From the NCBI GenBank assembly GCA_050084985.1, contig JBITNC010000001.1, forward strand, positions 116,374,001-116,438,000: a stretch of 64,000 nt of DNA, written 5' to 3'. Made by a program: the position numbers and the translations under genes. How positions within the stretch are numbered: the first letter of the stretch is position 1; each line of letters opens with the position of its first letter. The DNA comes from Nageia nagi (taxonomy: Eukaryota > Plantae > Pinophyta). Below are positions 51,550 through 64,000 of this stretch, one piece after another. The notes under the pieces were generated by a model. That model did no database searches and was not told where the DNA came from. It was given only the letters and a program-made list of their open reading frames with translations.

Positions 51550-54500
51550 CTGATATCTCTTCCTAAAAAGTTATGTCCTTTTTCCCACACTTCCAACAAC
51601 CCATGATATTGGAAAATAATTTGCCTATTTTTCCATTTTATTATCCTCTGATGAGCCATATTTACTTTACAAATCCATGAAAAGAAATTTTCATAAGATT
51701 CAATAGTCATATCTTCCATATTTTTGAATTTCAATATTTTTCTAAAATCTCTTCTAACTATTGTTGGACATCATCATCACTTCTCCCTTCTTCATATTCA
51801 TCTAGAGTTAAAATTATGGTTTTTGTAATGATATCTTCCACTTCATTATACACCTTGAAATATTTATCTTTGAAAGTAGTGCATTTGAGCTTTGGATTCA
51901 CCAACTAATCATAAAGAAATGAAAATTCCCTTAGAAAACTCATCAATTGATGATCATTAATTTATTTGTATTCAATTTTCATAAATTTTTCCACTTTAGT
52001 TTCCCATTGTTCTATATATTTATTTATATATTATTCAACTTTGAATAGCTAAACATTAATGTTATCAAGATATATGAGGTTATGATAGGCCTTTCAAAAA
52101 GTCTTAGTAGCCTTATCGACTAATGCCTCGATCCTTTCATAAAACTCACAACCTCTCTTATATTTGATTTTCAAATTCTCTTTATCTATGCCTAACACTT
52201 CAAACTCATAGAAGGTCTTCTTCATCTTCTTCAATTCCTTTTTCAACTTGTTAACTTATGAATCCTTATCTTGGGCTAACTTAGTCAAATTATTAGTTTT
52301 TTAGTCAATAATATATGCATTTAACTCAATCCCCTAAGGCCGAATGTTCTATTCTATGTTGTTAACATTAATTTTTCTCTTATCTCTCAGCTTTTTGATA
52401 TTGTTAGTAAGTTTATTTACCCATAATATCTCAATTTTGAATTCTATCATGCTTTGTAGTTTTCTAGGAATTGGTTCTACCTCTTATGTGGCCTTTGCAT
52501 TTTTCTCTCTCTTATTTTCATTGCTAACCTCTTCAAACCTTTTCAAGTATACATCAATATCCATATTTTTCATCAAAGTTTTGGAGTTACATTGATCTAA
52601 TGAACTTATGTCTTTGATGATAATAATTTGCTTATTCAAAGATTGGGATTTATCATATTCATCTTGCCTCCTTTTCTTCCTTCTCTCTTCATTTTTCTCA
52701 TCATCATCCCCATCACCATTACCATAACCTCTAGGAGCTTTAGGTGTTTATTTGGAGGGGATCTTATGAGAGCTAGAACTCTTTTATGGATTGGATCCCT
52801 ATTGATTTTAGATCTAGTGGATGGCATATCTACTATATGAGATAATCCCTTTGTTACTTGTTGAATTAGGATTTTTTAAGGGTTCTCTTTGGTTGATAAT
52901 ATTTTGGAGTTGAAGATGAATAAGTAGTAAGTAACTCTAAGCCATATGCAATAGTATAAAGTATGGAAATACTATCTTATTTCCCCTTTCTCTTTATAGT
53001 CTATGATATTAACAAACACATCATCCCCTTATTCAAGAGTTTTTACTAATGGTCCCCATCATGATGTTATATGGGGACTTCCTCACCCCATTATTTATTT
53101 TATTCTTCCATCATCATCATATTCCTCCTCATCACTATGACTCCTTGATCCATTATCTCCATCACTTTTAGACATTGAATCATCACCATCTAAATCACTT
53201 GAACTTATTGAAGAGTTATCACTAAACAAAGAATTTTCAAAAGGTGCAATGGTATGACTACTCTCACTAGAATCAGACCAAGTTTTAAGGTTCTCTATGG
53301 GTTGTTCCTTAGGTATTCTTGGAGTTGTAATGCTTTGGATGGGAGTATTGATGGTTTTTAGCACATATAACCCTTCTATTGAGACAAATTGATCAAAACT
53401 AGGCCTATTTTAAAATCTTGTACATTGGATTGTTCATCCACTCTCAGTTGGGCTAAACTCTTATGACTCTTATCTTTAGTAACTTTCTTCTTCTTCTCCC
53501 TTTCTTATTTGATAATTTATTTAAAGATTCTTTGAATTTCCATCTCTGAATAAATATTCATGTACTTTTCAATTGTTCCAAGAGAATCATGTTTCTAAGA
53601 AGTATGGAATATTCAACAAAATTTGTCAACTATTCCTATAGGGTCATAATGGATTTTTAATGCATGATATCGAAAACTATATCCCTCTATCTTGAACTTA
53701 ATGGTTTTGGCCTCTAACTAGTTATTGCAACTATAGTAACTACAAGTTATAGGCATATTTATAGGCACTTATTTATTTTCTATAGCAAATATTTCATGAA
53801 AATAATATATGCCTATTTTACAAATTCTAAGAATATCATTCTATCATTAAGATAGCGGGAAAGTTTTAGAGAGGCTACATTGGCATCGTAGAATCTAAAA
53901 TATGAATTATCAATTTCTTCCAAATTAAAATTTACATATATCTTCAAGAAATCTACAACTTCTTGAGAAATTATAGGAACATGATTTTCTCCTTTTAATT
54001 ACTTTATGATAGCAAACTCCCACTCATTTGGTCGCATATGAATGTGACTCCACTCCTCTTCCTTATGTGATTTGAGATAGGTCATATAAATTGTTACTTT
54101 TCTTTTAAAAATGACCTCTTTAATACCATGGGCTCATGGTTGATTTTTGCCTTTCAATAGTAAGAAAACAAAGTAAGATGTATAAAATAAGGTATTTGTT
54201 CTCTTCACTTCACTTAATTGATGAATCGTACCATCATTGATAACTTAGCTCCAGTGGATGTTCTTCCCTTTATTTACTGCATAAATAAAACTAAATAAAT
54301 CTTTCTCAAATTGAATGTCTAAAGATTTTCTTGTAACTCTAAATAGGAAACTAATAGCTTTATTTGTGGTATCCTAAAATAAGCATCTTTGTGCTTTCAT
54401 CACTACTTGATGAGCTAAACCATGATGCTTTGATTTTAACTAAAATCATACAAGATCACTTACTACATGCTTGGCACTATATTTCTCAAACTCCTTATCT

Positions 54501-54580
54501 GCATCTTTTTGGGTATAGATTATACCTCATTTTGACCATCCCATTACATTTTCAATTCCCTCTTTTGTCAAATTAGTAAT
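51545..54580 (-). pseudogene. Mirror copy of the unknown extra ORF, 5'-truncated
   Basis: ORFs 53095-53364, 52636-52827 and 51495-51734 mirror the left-arm sequence. Confidence 0.65.
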
Positions 54581-56487
54581 TATTATTCTTGCAAAATAAC
54601 ACTTAGAAAAGGGTAATATTCTTTACATTTATTCATTCATTTCCTAATAAAACCCCTTCCATACTTCCCATTTCTTATTTCCCTTTCTTTCACATGTAAA
54701 TACTTGTACAAAATTTAGTCCTAAGTTTAAATTGTATATACTTAGTGTTTTTCTTAAGAGTCTTGTATTATATATGCTCTTATTCATGACGTATTTTTGT
54801 AAGTAGTTTTTGGGTCATATTTCTATTATCATGTCTTAATAAGTAAAATGTTATTCAATATCATCATTTTGTTGTAAGGTGGGTTTTGTTTGTACATAGT
54901 CTAATGAGTCATGTCTAGGAAATGTGTGTAATTCATAAGCTGAAGAGTATCCATTTTGTAAAATAGACTAAGTCATTCCTAGGATTTTTCTAAGTCCAAT
55001 CTAGGTCTTGTTTCTAGGTATTATTGTATATAGTTTGTTTGTATGACCAAGTCAATTTTAGGCTCTATCTCGAGTCTGGTTACTTAGGTTTTAGTTTGAT
55101 ATAGTCTAGGTGTCATTTTTGGGCATTGTTGTACATAGTGTTGGTCTTGGTCAAGTCATGTAATGGGCATTGTTGTAAGATTAAAGTGAAGTAAGTCCTA
55201 TGAAAATTCAAATGTGATATCATACTTTTTAACAAAAATCAATGGGCTTTGGAGAATTTAATTAACTAGTGATATTGATGATTCTTTGGTGGGTGAAGCT
55301 CTTTACTCTATATTTAACAAAACCTACCAATTTTATGCAATGACATCACACCTTTTTAGAGAAATAGATGGGTGATATATATCTTAGGTTTCAACAATAA
55401 CTGCTAATATGTAACAAGACTTGTTAGGGGAAACTAAAGACTATGAGAGGAGGTGAACACCTAGGTCCACTTAATCAAGTGTGTGTGATCCATAGGACTC
55501 TACCAACATGTCAAATGCAATTCATTTCCATGTGGAAGTAGTAGTTCACTCTTAGGTTTGAATGACTACATCTTCCTTCACCCTTATAGTAGTTGGCACT
55601 AGAACTATAGTAGAAGCATTTAATGGTTATAGAAGATTGGTAGGTCATAAACTAATTAATTAGATTAATTATACATATAGAGATGATGTACCATACCTCA
55701 TAAATATAGAAATAGTTTAGATATTCCATGATCAAGAGACAAAGGATAACTAATTACAACTAGATTAATACATGATTGAAGGTATATAAATTCCAAGAAT
55801 TGATATTGCATTAGGACCATAATCCATAATTAGTTATAGTTACAAATTCATCTATACATATTTTAAATATTTATTTTCATTTAATTCTTAGTCAAATAGG
55901 TATTTGTAGTTATTAATGATGGAAAACTACCCATTTTACAAAGTAAATATTATAAATAGTGGACTATTTAAGGTCCAAAAGGTCAAACATTTTAGCAAAA
56001 TTACCTAGCGTGAGAAGTGTTTTCACATATGATAATGCAATACTATGATATTTTTCCCTATGCAATTTATAGTTTTTATCTTATTTTGTAATCATTATGT
56101 ATAAAGAATTTTTGTAAATTGTGGTTGTGTATTGTAATTGTGAGACCCCAAGAGTAAGGTAGTTAGTCTATTCTTAATATTTGATATGGATTACTTCCTA
56201 TGTAGTGATGCCTAGGATGATTAGATTTTTTTTAGTTTCATTAGTTTAAATTTTTATCTCTTTACTATTGCTCTTGACCTCTTTTATTTCTTTTCCAATT
56301 ACTTTTTACCTCTTTCATAGATAGGAATTGACCTATAACCTTGAGATTCGGCAAAAACCCCCATGAGTGCATTGTCCCACCATTTTCTACTCTTTCAAGA
56401 ATCCTAGTATTGTTAGGAAATGGAGAACTAGACCATACCAAACCTTTAGGTTACATTATACTCATTAATAGTAGACTCATTCATTTT

Positions 56488-56504
56488 TGGCATGCTTGAT
56501 GGGA
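56488..56504 (+). other. Primer-binding site, tRNA-Arg type (degenerate)
   Basis: TGGCATGCTTGATGGGA differs from the Tat/Ogre-type PBS TGGCACGCCC(A/G)GTGGGA (recalled consensus) only by transitions. Confidence 0.6.
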
Positions 56505-56949
56505 TGTGAGCAAAGATCCAAATGATTTGTGCATGAATAGGCCAAATAGCTATGTTTGGTAGGCTATCACCTTTGTTCTTTAAATATTATAAGATTTAAT
56601 AAACCTTATTGGAAACTTTGTTATCATACCAGTCAAGTTTTTGAACTTTGGCACCTCTAATTCATAGATTTACTAGAAGTAGTGCCAAAAATTCTTCTCA
56701 ATAGCCTTGATTTCAAGAGCTATTAGTTACTCAAAGGAGGACTAGATGAAAGATTTGTTAGAATCTATCCACACAAATTCCTTTAAGATATATTCCATTA
56801 TCAGCCATGTTTGACTTTGTCCTATAAAATCCTTCACCTGATACTACTGGTCCAAACATGGCTCAACCTACCCCTATAGATTTTCCTTCTTGAAATAATA
56901 GTCATCCCTTAGTAGTTTCTACAAATTCCCCTACTATTCCCTAATAAAC

Positions 56950-59900
56950 TTTCAAAGTTTTTTCTAAATATGATCGATCAAGAAAAATGCCTTATGAACA
57001 TTATCAAGATGTATATCTTTTGACTTCAAGTTTTGATATTATAGATGAAACTATTATGAACATGTTGTTATCATATTTTTTTGAAGGAAAAGTAGTTGAA
57101 TGGTTTAGAAGTCTCAACCCTTAGTATATAAACACATGGGAAGAGTTATGTCAAGATATAATTAAAAAATTACTAAATATGGTAATGATAGCACCTTTTT
57201 TGAGACTCATATCATGTATTAAAATACACCCACATGAGTCTATGGATGATTTCAATATAATATTTGAGAAAATGTGAAAGTATATTCTAGTAAGGATCAT
57301 ACCAACAAATGCTTAAGCCTTGGAATACTATAGGAAATCATTTCATCTAGATCTAAATGTGTTAATCATTATGTCAAGGGATAATTTCCCAAATGTCTAT
57401 TAAATAGCCAAAATTATTGAACATACCTTGGTGTATTCTAGAAAAATGCAACCAAGATCCATTATGCCCTTATTTCCTAATTTACCTCCAAATTAGGCTC
57501 CATGGATTAGAATAAGTACTAGCACTCTCAACTCTTGCATCTATAAGTCTAAGTACTGGTTCTAACTCATAAGAGGAAGAGATGATAAGGAAACTGAGAT
57601 AACCATTAGGAACCTCATAAATAAGATCACTTTACAAGAGAGGTAGAATCAAAGATATAATTTTACAAGATATGATAATTATTATTAGCTAATATTTTAG
57701 CCCAAAAATAACCAACCAAAATAACCTTCTTCTCCTAAAGCTATAGACAACATAGTCATGGCTAGTTCTACAAAGAGTGATGCTATGGGTATTATGGAAT
57801 GGTTTCCTCCTTATTCTAATATACATTTCCAATAATCATGTGCAATGTATCAAAACCAATATTTGGGATTACATTATAAATAAATGGTAGAACCTACATT
57901 AGATATTGCTATAGATCTTACCATGGTTAAGTTTTGGGTTCTGATTTATGCCGGAAAATAATCCAATTATATTTAAACTAAAGCTTCTACTTTAATAGCC
58001 CTATAGCAAGCCCAAGTCATAAAAAAATAATAGCAATCCATTCTAGCTCAACCTAATCCAAAGAGAGCTAAGGATCATACAACAAAATCAATTAAATCAA
58101 CTTCTAAATTATCTAGGTCAAGTTTCATAAGGCCTGGGTAATATTCCTCCTTTTGTAAGAAACCCCGCTCAGACCAGAAATGATATCCTATAAAAAAAGA
58201 GACCTAATCCATTGAGATATCCTTTCATAATTGAACATCATAAGGAAAAGGCTAATCAATAATTAAAATCTTATTAGCCTACCAAAATAAGTAAATTAGC
58301 CTCTTATGTTCCATACAATATTATGGAAGAATCGAAAAGAACAACTTCTAAAATAATAATGTTTGATGCATTAAGGATTTCAAGTCAAATTAACCTTTTA
58401 TAAGAAGCTTTGAAGCTCAAGAATAGTAAAAAAAAGGATAATAAGGGAAATGTAGTGTTTACAAATTTAGATGATGTCCCTCTAGCTCCTATAGGTATAA
58501 TAAGACCTTCACCTTTTTATATATCCTTTAGATTAGAAGTTTGGATAATTAATAATTATATGATTGATATAGAAGCAACCATTACCACTATTCCCAAAGC
58601 TATTACAAATGAGATGAAATTTTATATAACTCAATCCATAGATGGAGTCATACAACTAAATTCTTCCCCTATAGATGTGATTGGTAATATTAAAGGAGTT
58701 TCCGTAACCTTGAATGCATTTCCTAATATTTGTGTTCATTCAAGATATTATTGTAGTTGATCTTCCACCTATTTGGGATCTATTTGTCAAAAGAGTTCAC
58801 TACAAGTTGGGAGGATATTTAGCCTTAGATTATACACACCTCCTACTTTATTTCTAGAATAAGCATGTCAAAATCCCAAATGAGGGTACCAATAATGTCC
58901 ATCTTGAGAAGATCACTAAGAAAAAATGCATGAATGACCTTGAGCAAGTAGAGATATTTGAAAGGGATCCACTCATGGACTCACTACTAACCATAGAGAT
59001 TATTTCAACTAATGACCTTAACTATTAGGTCATTGACATTGAAATGGATAACTACTTCTTATATAAAAATGTGTAGCCAATCTCAATCTCAGCTAAAAAA
59101 AAAAGATGATGTATGGATGATGTTCTTTGATGGGGTTAGATGCAAACATGGTTACAATGCTAGTATTATTTTCAAGTCACCTGAGGGACACATAAGAAGG
59201 TTCTCATTCAAATTCATATGGATTTGCATAAATAATGCAACTAAATATGAATCCCTATATTTAGGGCTATCTAAAGCTATTAGCATGGGCATTAGATGCC
59301 TAGTACTCCATGGTGATTCTAAGTTGGTTATAAATCAAGTCAATAATTAGGCATAACTACCTTAAAAATTATAAGAATAGGGTATGGGACTTGATGGAAT
59401 TATTCTTAGCAATCAATTTTATCCCTATTACTATGAAGTACAATCAAATTGTTGATGCACTTGCAAGAAAAGGAGCATGTTTCAATCTTGATCATCACAA
59501 GAGCAGTAGCTATGGAGTAAAAGTTTTGTGTACACCATATATACTTGACACTACAAAGTTTTGGTAGGTATATGACTTTCATGAGCATATTATGAATTTT
59601 TTTATAGATAAAGTAGTATCTCACACCTTTAGTGTTATAAAAATCCTTGATTATTTTTAAGAACTAGATATTATATAACCTAAAGGTTTGCTTTCCTTTG
59701 AATAATTGTTTGATTCTAAAGATGTTCAAAGAGCTAAAATAATAGCTATTCAAAAGGAAAGCAATGTTGAGTTAGAAGTTAAACCTAAAAAATGCACAAA
59801 AGTTAGATTAGAGTACACTAATAAAGAAAAGTAGATGCTATTTTAGATTTACCATGAGTTTGCCAAGGTAGTTGCATGGAATTATGATTATATAAAGACC

Positions 59901-62490
59901 TATGAAAAGAATGTGATCCAACACACCAATGAACTTGAGCCAAAGGCAAAATTATATAGGCATAAGCAAAGGTTAGTAAACCCAAGAATAGAAGAAGCTA
60001 TGAAACAAGATTTGCTTAAGCTCATAGATGCTAAAATTATTTATCCTATAAAGCATTCTTATTGGGTAGATAATTTAGTCCCAGTATGAAAAAAGAATGG
60101 AGAAATCAAACTGTGTGTAGATTTCAAAAATCTAAGTCAAGTGTCCTTGAAATACAAATATCCTTTTCCTCCCATGGTAAAAATATTTCAAATAGTAGTT
60201 GGATCATGTTGCTTTTCCATGATCAATGACTTTTCAAGATTTAATCAATTATGGGTAAAGGATGAGGATCAATACAAAACTACATTTACTACCAAGTGGG
60301 GAACATCTGCATTTCAAAGAATACCTTTTGGTCTCTCCAATACTGGAGATACTTTTTAGAGAGCTATAGACCATGCCTTTGGTTAGTTGATAAACAAGAT
60401 AATCCTTATCTATTTAGATGATATTCTTATATTTTCTAAATGTAGAAAAGATCACATAGACCACCTCAAGCAAGTTTTTGATAAATGCATACAATTCAAG
60501 ATTTCTATCAATCCCAAAAAAATTATTTTTATGGGTAACCAAGGAAAGTTGGTTGGCCACATTGTTTCAAAAGAAGGGTTGGAAATTGATCCTAACAAAG
60601 TCAAAGGTATTGAGGCATTGCCTTTTATCTCAAATAAGAAAGCCTTGCAATCCTTCCTTGGTCAAATTAATTTTGTTAGAAAGTTTATTAGTGATTTTTC
60701 TCATATTATTTCTCCAATCACAATAATGTAGAAGAAATATGCTTAGTTATCTTGGTAAAATGAGTCATAGCAAGATTTTTATGATATCAAAAAAGCTATA
60801 ATAGAACCTCTAGTTTTGAAAAATATAGATTTTTCAAAAGATTTTATCATGAATGCTTATGGAGTAGAAAAAAGCATTATGACCATACCATCACATAAAG
60901 ATGACCAAAAGAAAGAACATCCTATAGCCTTTAATAGTCAAACACTACACAAACATTAGGAAAAAATTCATTCATTGAAAAATAAATAGTCTCTATTATG
61001 AGAGGTATAAAAAAATTCAAGCATTATGTGTATCAAAATAAGATTCTTATATATACCATTCACCATGATGTAAGAAACAATGTTATTCAAGAAGAATTAG
61101 GTGAAAGGAAAGTTGATTGGATAATAATAATAATGGTGTATGATGTTGAAATCAAGCCAACCAAGATTATTAGAGGAAGAGCCTTATGTAAGAACATAAT
61201 AGAGGCAACACACATGATTGCTTTCATAAAGGATGAAGAGCATCTAAATGAAAAGAGTGATTAGATAAAATAATATATTGTATATTTTGATAGATTTCAG
61301 AGAAGAAGATTCAAGATGCAAGAATTTAAAATCATAATGATTGATGACTATCTCTATAGGAATAATTTTGATCAAACCCTATTGAGATGTGTAACTTATG
61401 ATGAAGCTCAGAGAATTCTGTATGAATTTCACTATGGATTCTCTATATGAAACTATAATGGTCCTACTACAACAACAAATATATTGTATATGGGATATTA
61501 TTGGCCCACTCTATTCTAAGAATCCTACAAGATAGCTTGAAAATATGAAAAATGCAATAGGTATGTGGGATAGATAAGATAAGCTGTTATGCCTATGAAA
61601 TCTATGGTTGTTAAAGAACCTTTTCAATAATGGGGTTTAGACTTCATTAGTGTTATTAATCTAAATTCTTTAGCATGTCACAAGTTTATCTTGACTATAA
61701 CAGACTACTTCATAAGGTGGTCAAAAGTAATACCATGTAAAAATGTAGATCAGGAGGTAGTAATGGAAATGATAAAGAGGTTGATCACTCAATTTGGTAT
61801 CCTACAAACCATTGTATTAGATAATCATTATACATTCATCAAAGCTAATTTATTAAATGTTTTTACTAAGTATGGGATTTATTGGTTATTCTCTTCAAAC
61901 TATTACCCTCAAGGGAATGATTTAGCTCAGTCAAAGAACAAAAACTTAACCCAGATCATCAAAAGAACCATTGAAGAGAATCCCAGGTAGTGGCATACAA
62001 AGTTGGACTATGCATTATGAAATGATAGAATTAATATCAAAAATGATATCCAACTATCACACTATGCATTAATTTATGGTAAGATACCTATGTTGCCTAT
62101 TCATCTTGAGTTTCTTGCATTAAAAATCCTATAGGAGTTGATGATTATGACTTCAAGCCATTACAAGTTAGATTAATTAAATTGATTAAGCTAAAAGATT
62201 TAAAAAAAAAAAGCTTAATAGGCCTTCAACCATAGACAAAATATTATTAAAAAATGGTTTAGAAAAAATAAGTCTTTGTGGGTAATGTTTGAAGTTGGGG
62301 ATATAGTCCTCAAATGGGACAAGGAAAGACCAAATCTTGGGAAATATCAAAAATTTGATTCCTTATGTTGTGGGCCTTATATTATTATTGAAGACTTATA
62401 GAACAACACATTTAGATTACATGATATTTTTGGGTCCTAAAAGCTACTGATACCAATGAATGGGATCCATCTAAAATATTACCAAGTGAT
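56950..62490 (+). pseudogene. TatII gag-pol polyprotein, disrupted
   Basis: Motifs as listed for the element. Integrase tail reads FEVGDIVLKWD...KFDSLCCGPY (~62290-62380). Confidence 0.92.
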
Positions 62491-63299
62491 TGGATGATTT
62501 CATAACATTCACTAAGCTTATATAATGCAAATAGTCCTATCTATAAATTACATTTCTTTAAAAAAAAGATCTATACATATTGTGTTTATTGTAGGTGCAA
62601 TTACCAAGGTTGTAGATAGCCATTAATGGTGGAATTTATTAGGCATGGTGGTGGTTTAGTATGATAGTTGCAATATGTATTATCAAAATATTAGCATTCA
62701 AAGAAAGATTTTCTTGAGAAAAGCCACTAGCTCATGCCTTACCTTCCAATTTAAAATTGGTATGCTTGAGATTTATGCTATTCCACCTATCATGTCTAAC
62801 ATAATACTCCATTCAAACCCCAATATTTATATTGCATTAATGATCATTAATAGGTGGAAGTCAAAAACCCTAAACAAATAAAATATAGTTCTAACTCTAT
62901 CATTCCTCACTTATCAAATTTCAGAGCTTGAGCCTTCAAGCATTTGCAGAGCAATATACTATCTTCAAGAGCTTCTAGTACTAAGTGGTGAGTGATTTGG
63001 AGGACCTATTTATATTAAAATCTAATGGTGAGCTTCATGTTTATCTAAGCTATAAAGAAACTACTGAGTATTATGGATAAAATAGAGTAGACTATGCTCA
63101 TTTCAGGGGGAGGGGATGAGGACCTATCAAAGATACATGAAGGGTACTTGAAAAATAGCCCTAGAATAAATTAGATTGATAGGGGAGTGCTTAGTCACAT
63201 TGATACCTTGCACATGGATGTAGAAAGGACATTGTTGCAATATGAGTAGCCAAAGGTTGTTGGTAAAGGGAAAACCATGATAGTAGGCAATAATATGAT

Positions 63300-64000
63300 G
63301 TTTAATCAAGGTTTGGCATATTTTGTGTCATATGAATCATTTACTTACCTAGAATTATTTATATCCATTTCCTTGAGGTATAGCCCACATGGATACAACA
63401 TTAGGTCATACGAGGAACAAAGGAAGAGTGAGGAAGAATTGAAATATCAATAATATACCTTCTTGGATTACTCCCTTTTTCCATTATCAATGCAGTTGCT
63501 ATTCTAGGTGATTGGAGCTTCCATGTTAAGAATTAGATTGATTTGAGGAAGGAGAAATGAAACTTTTACCAGAATGAAGATTACATGATCAATTGGATAG
63601 ATGAGAGGTATGATAGGAAAACCACCAAGTTACACCAAAGTTATGATGTTACATTATTTGAGAAATCTCAAGATAGATAGGTCCTACAAGCTTTGGTGGT
63701 GATTCTTGGGCATGTGTTCCAAATTGAAGCTAATAAGGCTATGGTTAGCATTGCTTACAACATTGCTAAATGGTTATTCTATTATGATTTTACTACTATA
63801 TTATCGAATGAGATTAAAAGAAATCTAGTTAATACAAGAAGCGAGATTTTAGACATTCATCATATATGTGGTGGTTGATTGTCCACCAAAATCTATAATT
63901 TTTGGTTGATGGAGGGCTATCCTTAGTACCAACAAGCACTTCTATGGATCCTAAAAAAATTGAAATGAGAGTACCAATGCTTATCAAAGTTCATGGAAAA
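63300..64000 (+). pseudogene. 3' extra ORF remnant of the TatII element
   Basis: ORF 63693-63878 continues across a frameshift as DFRHSSYMWWLIVHQNL. Confidence 0.5.

Larger units (their letters stand above)
41243..54580. repeat. Giant imperfect inverted repeat (arms ~6.4 and ~6.9 kb, spacer 47616-47637)
   Basis: Reverse-complement correspondence in every segment I compared, from CTAGTGTTCTATATTATCTA / TAGATAATATAGAACACTAG at the centre out to 41243 and 54580. Mirrored ORFs include 47305-47517 vs 47796-48041, 46092-46328 vs 49385-49789, and 43291-43773 vs 52344-52595. Confidence 0.95.
54581..64000 (+). mobile_element. TatII-type Gypsy element (gag-PR-aRH-RT-RH-INT plus 3' extra ORF), running off the window
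   Basis: Putative LTR end CA at 56483 and a PBS. gag FEGKVVEWFRSL...INTWEEL (~57080); PR PFYIS...MIDIEA (ORF 58410); aRH WMMFFDG...NNATKYESL...GDSKLVINQV (ORF 59012); RT YLDDIL (ORF 60387); RH (ORF 60998); INT (ORF 61691). The 5' boundary is uncertain. Confidence 0.88.

Noticed and set aside
41243-54580. Palindrome as a chimeric-read artefact
   Set aside because: The arms differ by roughly 7-24% in sampled segments and have arm-specific duplications, whereas read fold-back artefacts are near-identical. A misjoin of paralogs still needs read-level exclusion.

Overview
This window is very AT-rich, CpG-poor eukaryotic heterochromatin, probably from a gymnosperm (inferred from TatII-type elements). 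It consists almost entirely of nested, decayed LTR retrotransposons. I see no intact host gene, rRNA, tRNA or CRISPR array, and every recognisable ORF is a fragment of a stop- and frameshift-riddled gag/pol pseudogene. In order: (1) a minus-strand Ogre/Retand-type Tat Gypsy with a G-patch and a partly deleted archaeal-type RNase H (aRH) (1-5400); (2) chromovirus fragments (6180-9450); (3) a full-length Copia with ~245-bp LTRs, PBS and PPT (12226-18611); (4) two abutting foldback elements, one carrying a tRNA-derived SINE with target-site duplication (TSD) (19264-21619); (5) a TSD-flanked chromovirus derivative (22628-33926) containing a pol-less tRNA-Trp-primed LTR element (24774-30020); (6) a Tekay-like gag-pol (35500-39075); (7) a ~13.3-kb imperfect palindrome (41243-54580, ~22-bp spacer at 47616-47637), built from a TatII pol fragment plus a nested element with a large unknown ORF; (8) a TatII element with PR-aRH-RT-RH-INT order and a 3' extra ORF (54581-64000). 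The best candidates for something undescribed are the two-stage fold-back palindrome and the shared family of uncharacterised extra ORFs. Identity values are hand counts on short samples, and coordinates of decayed domains are approximate.
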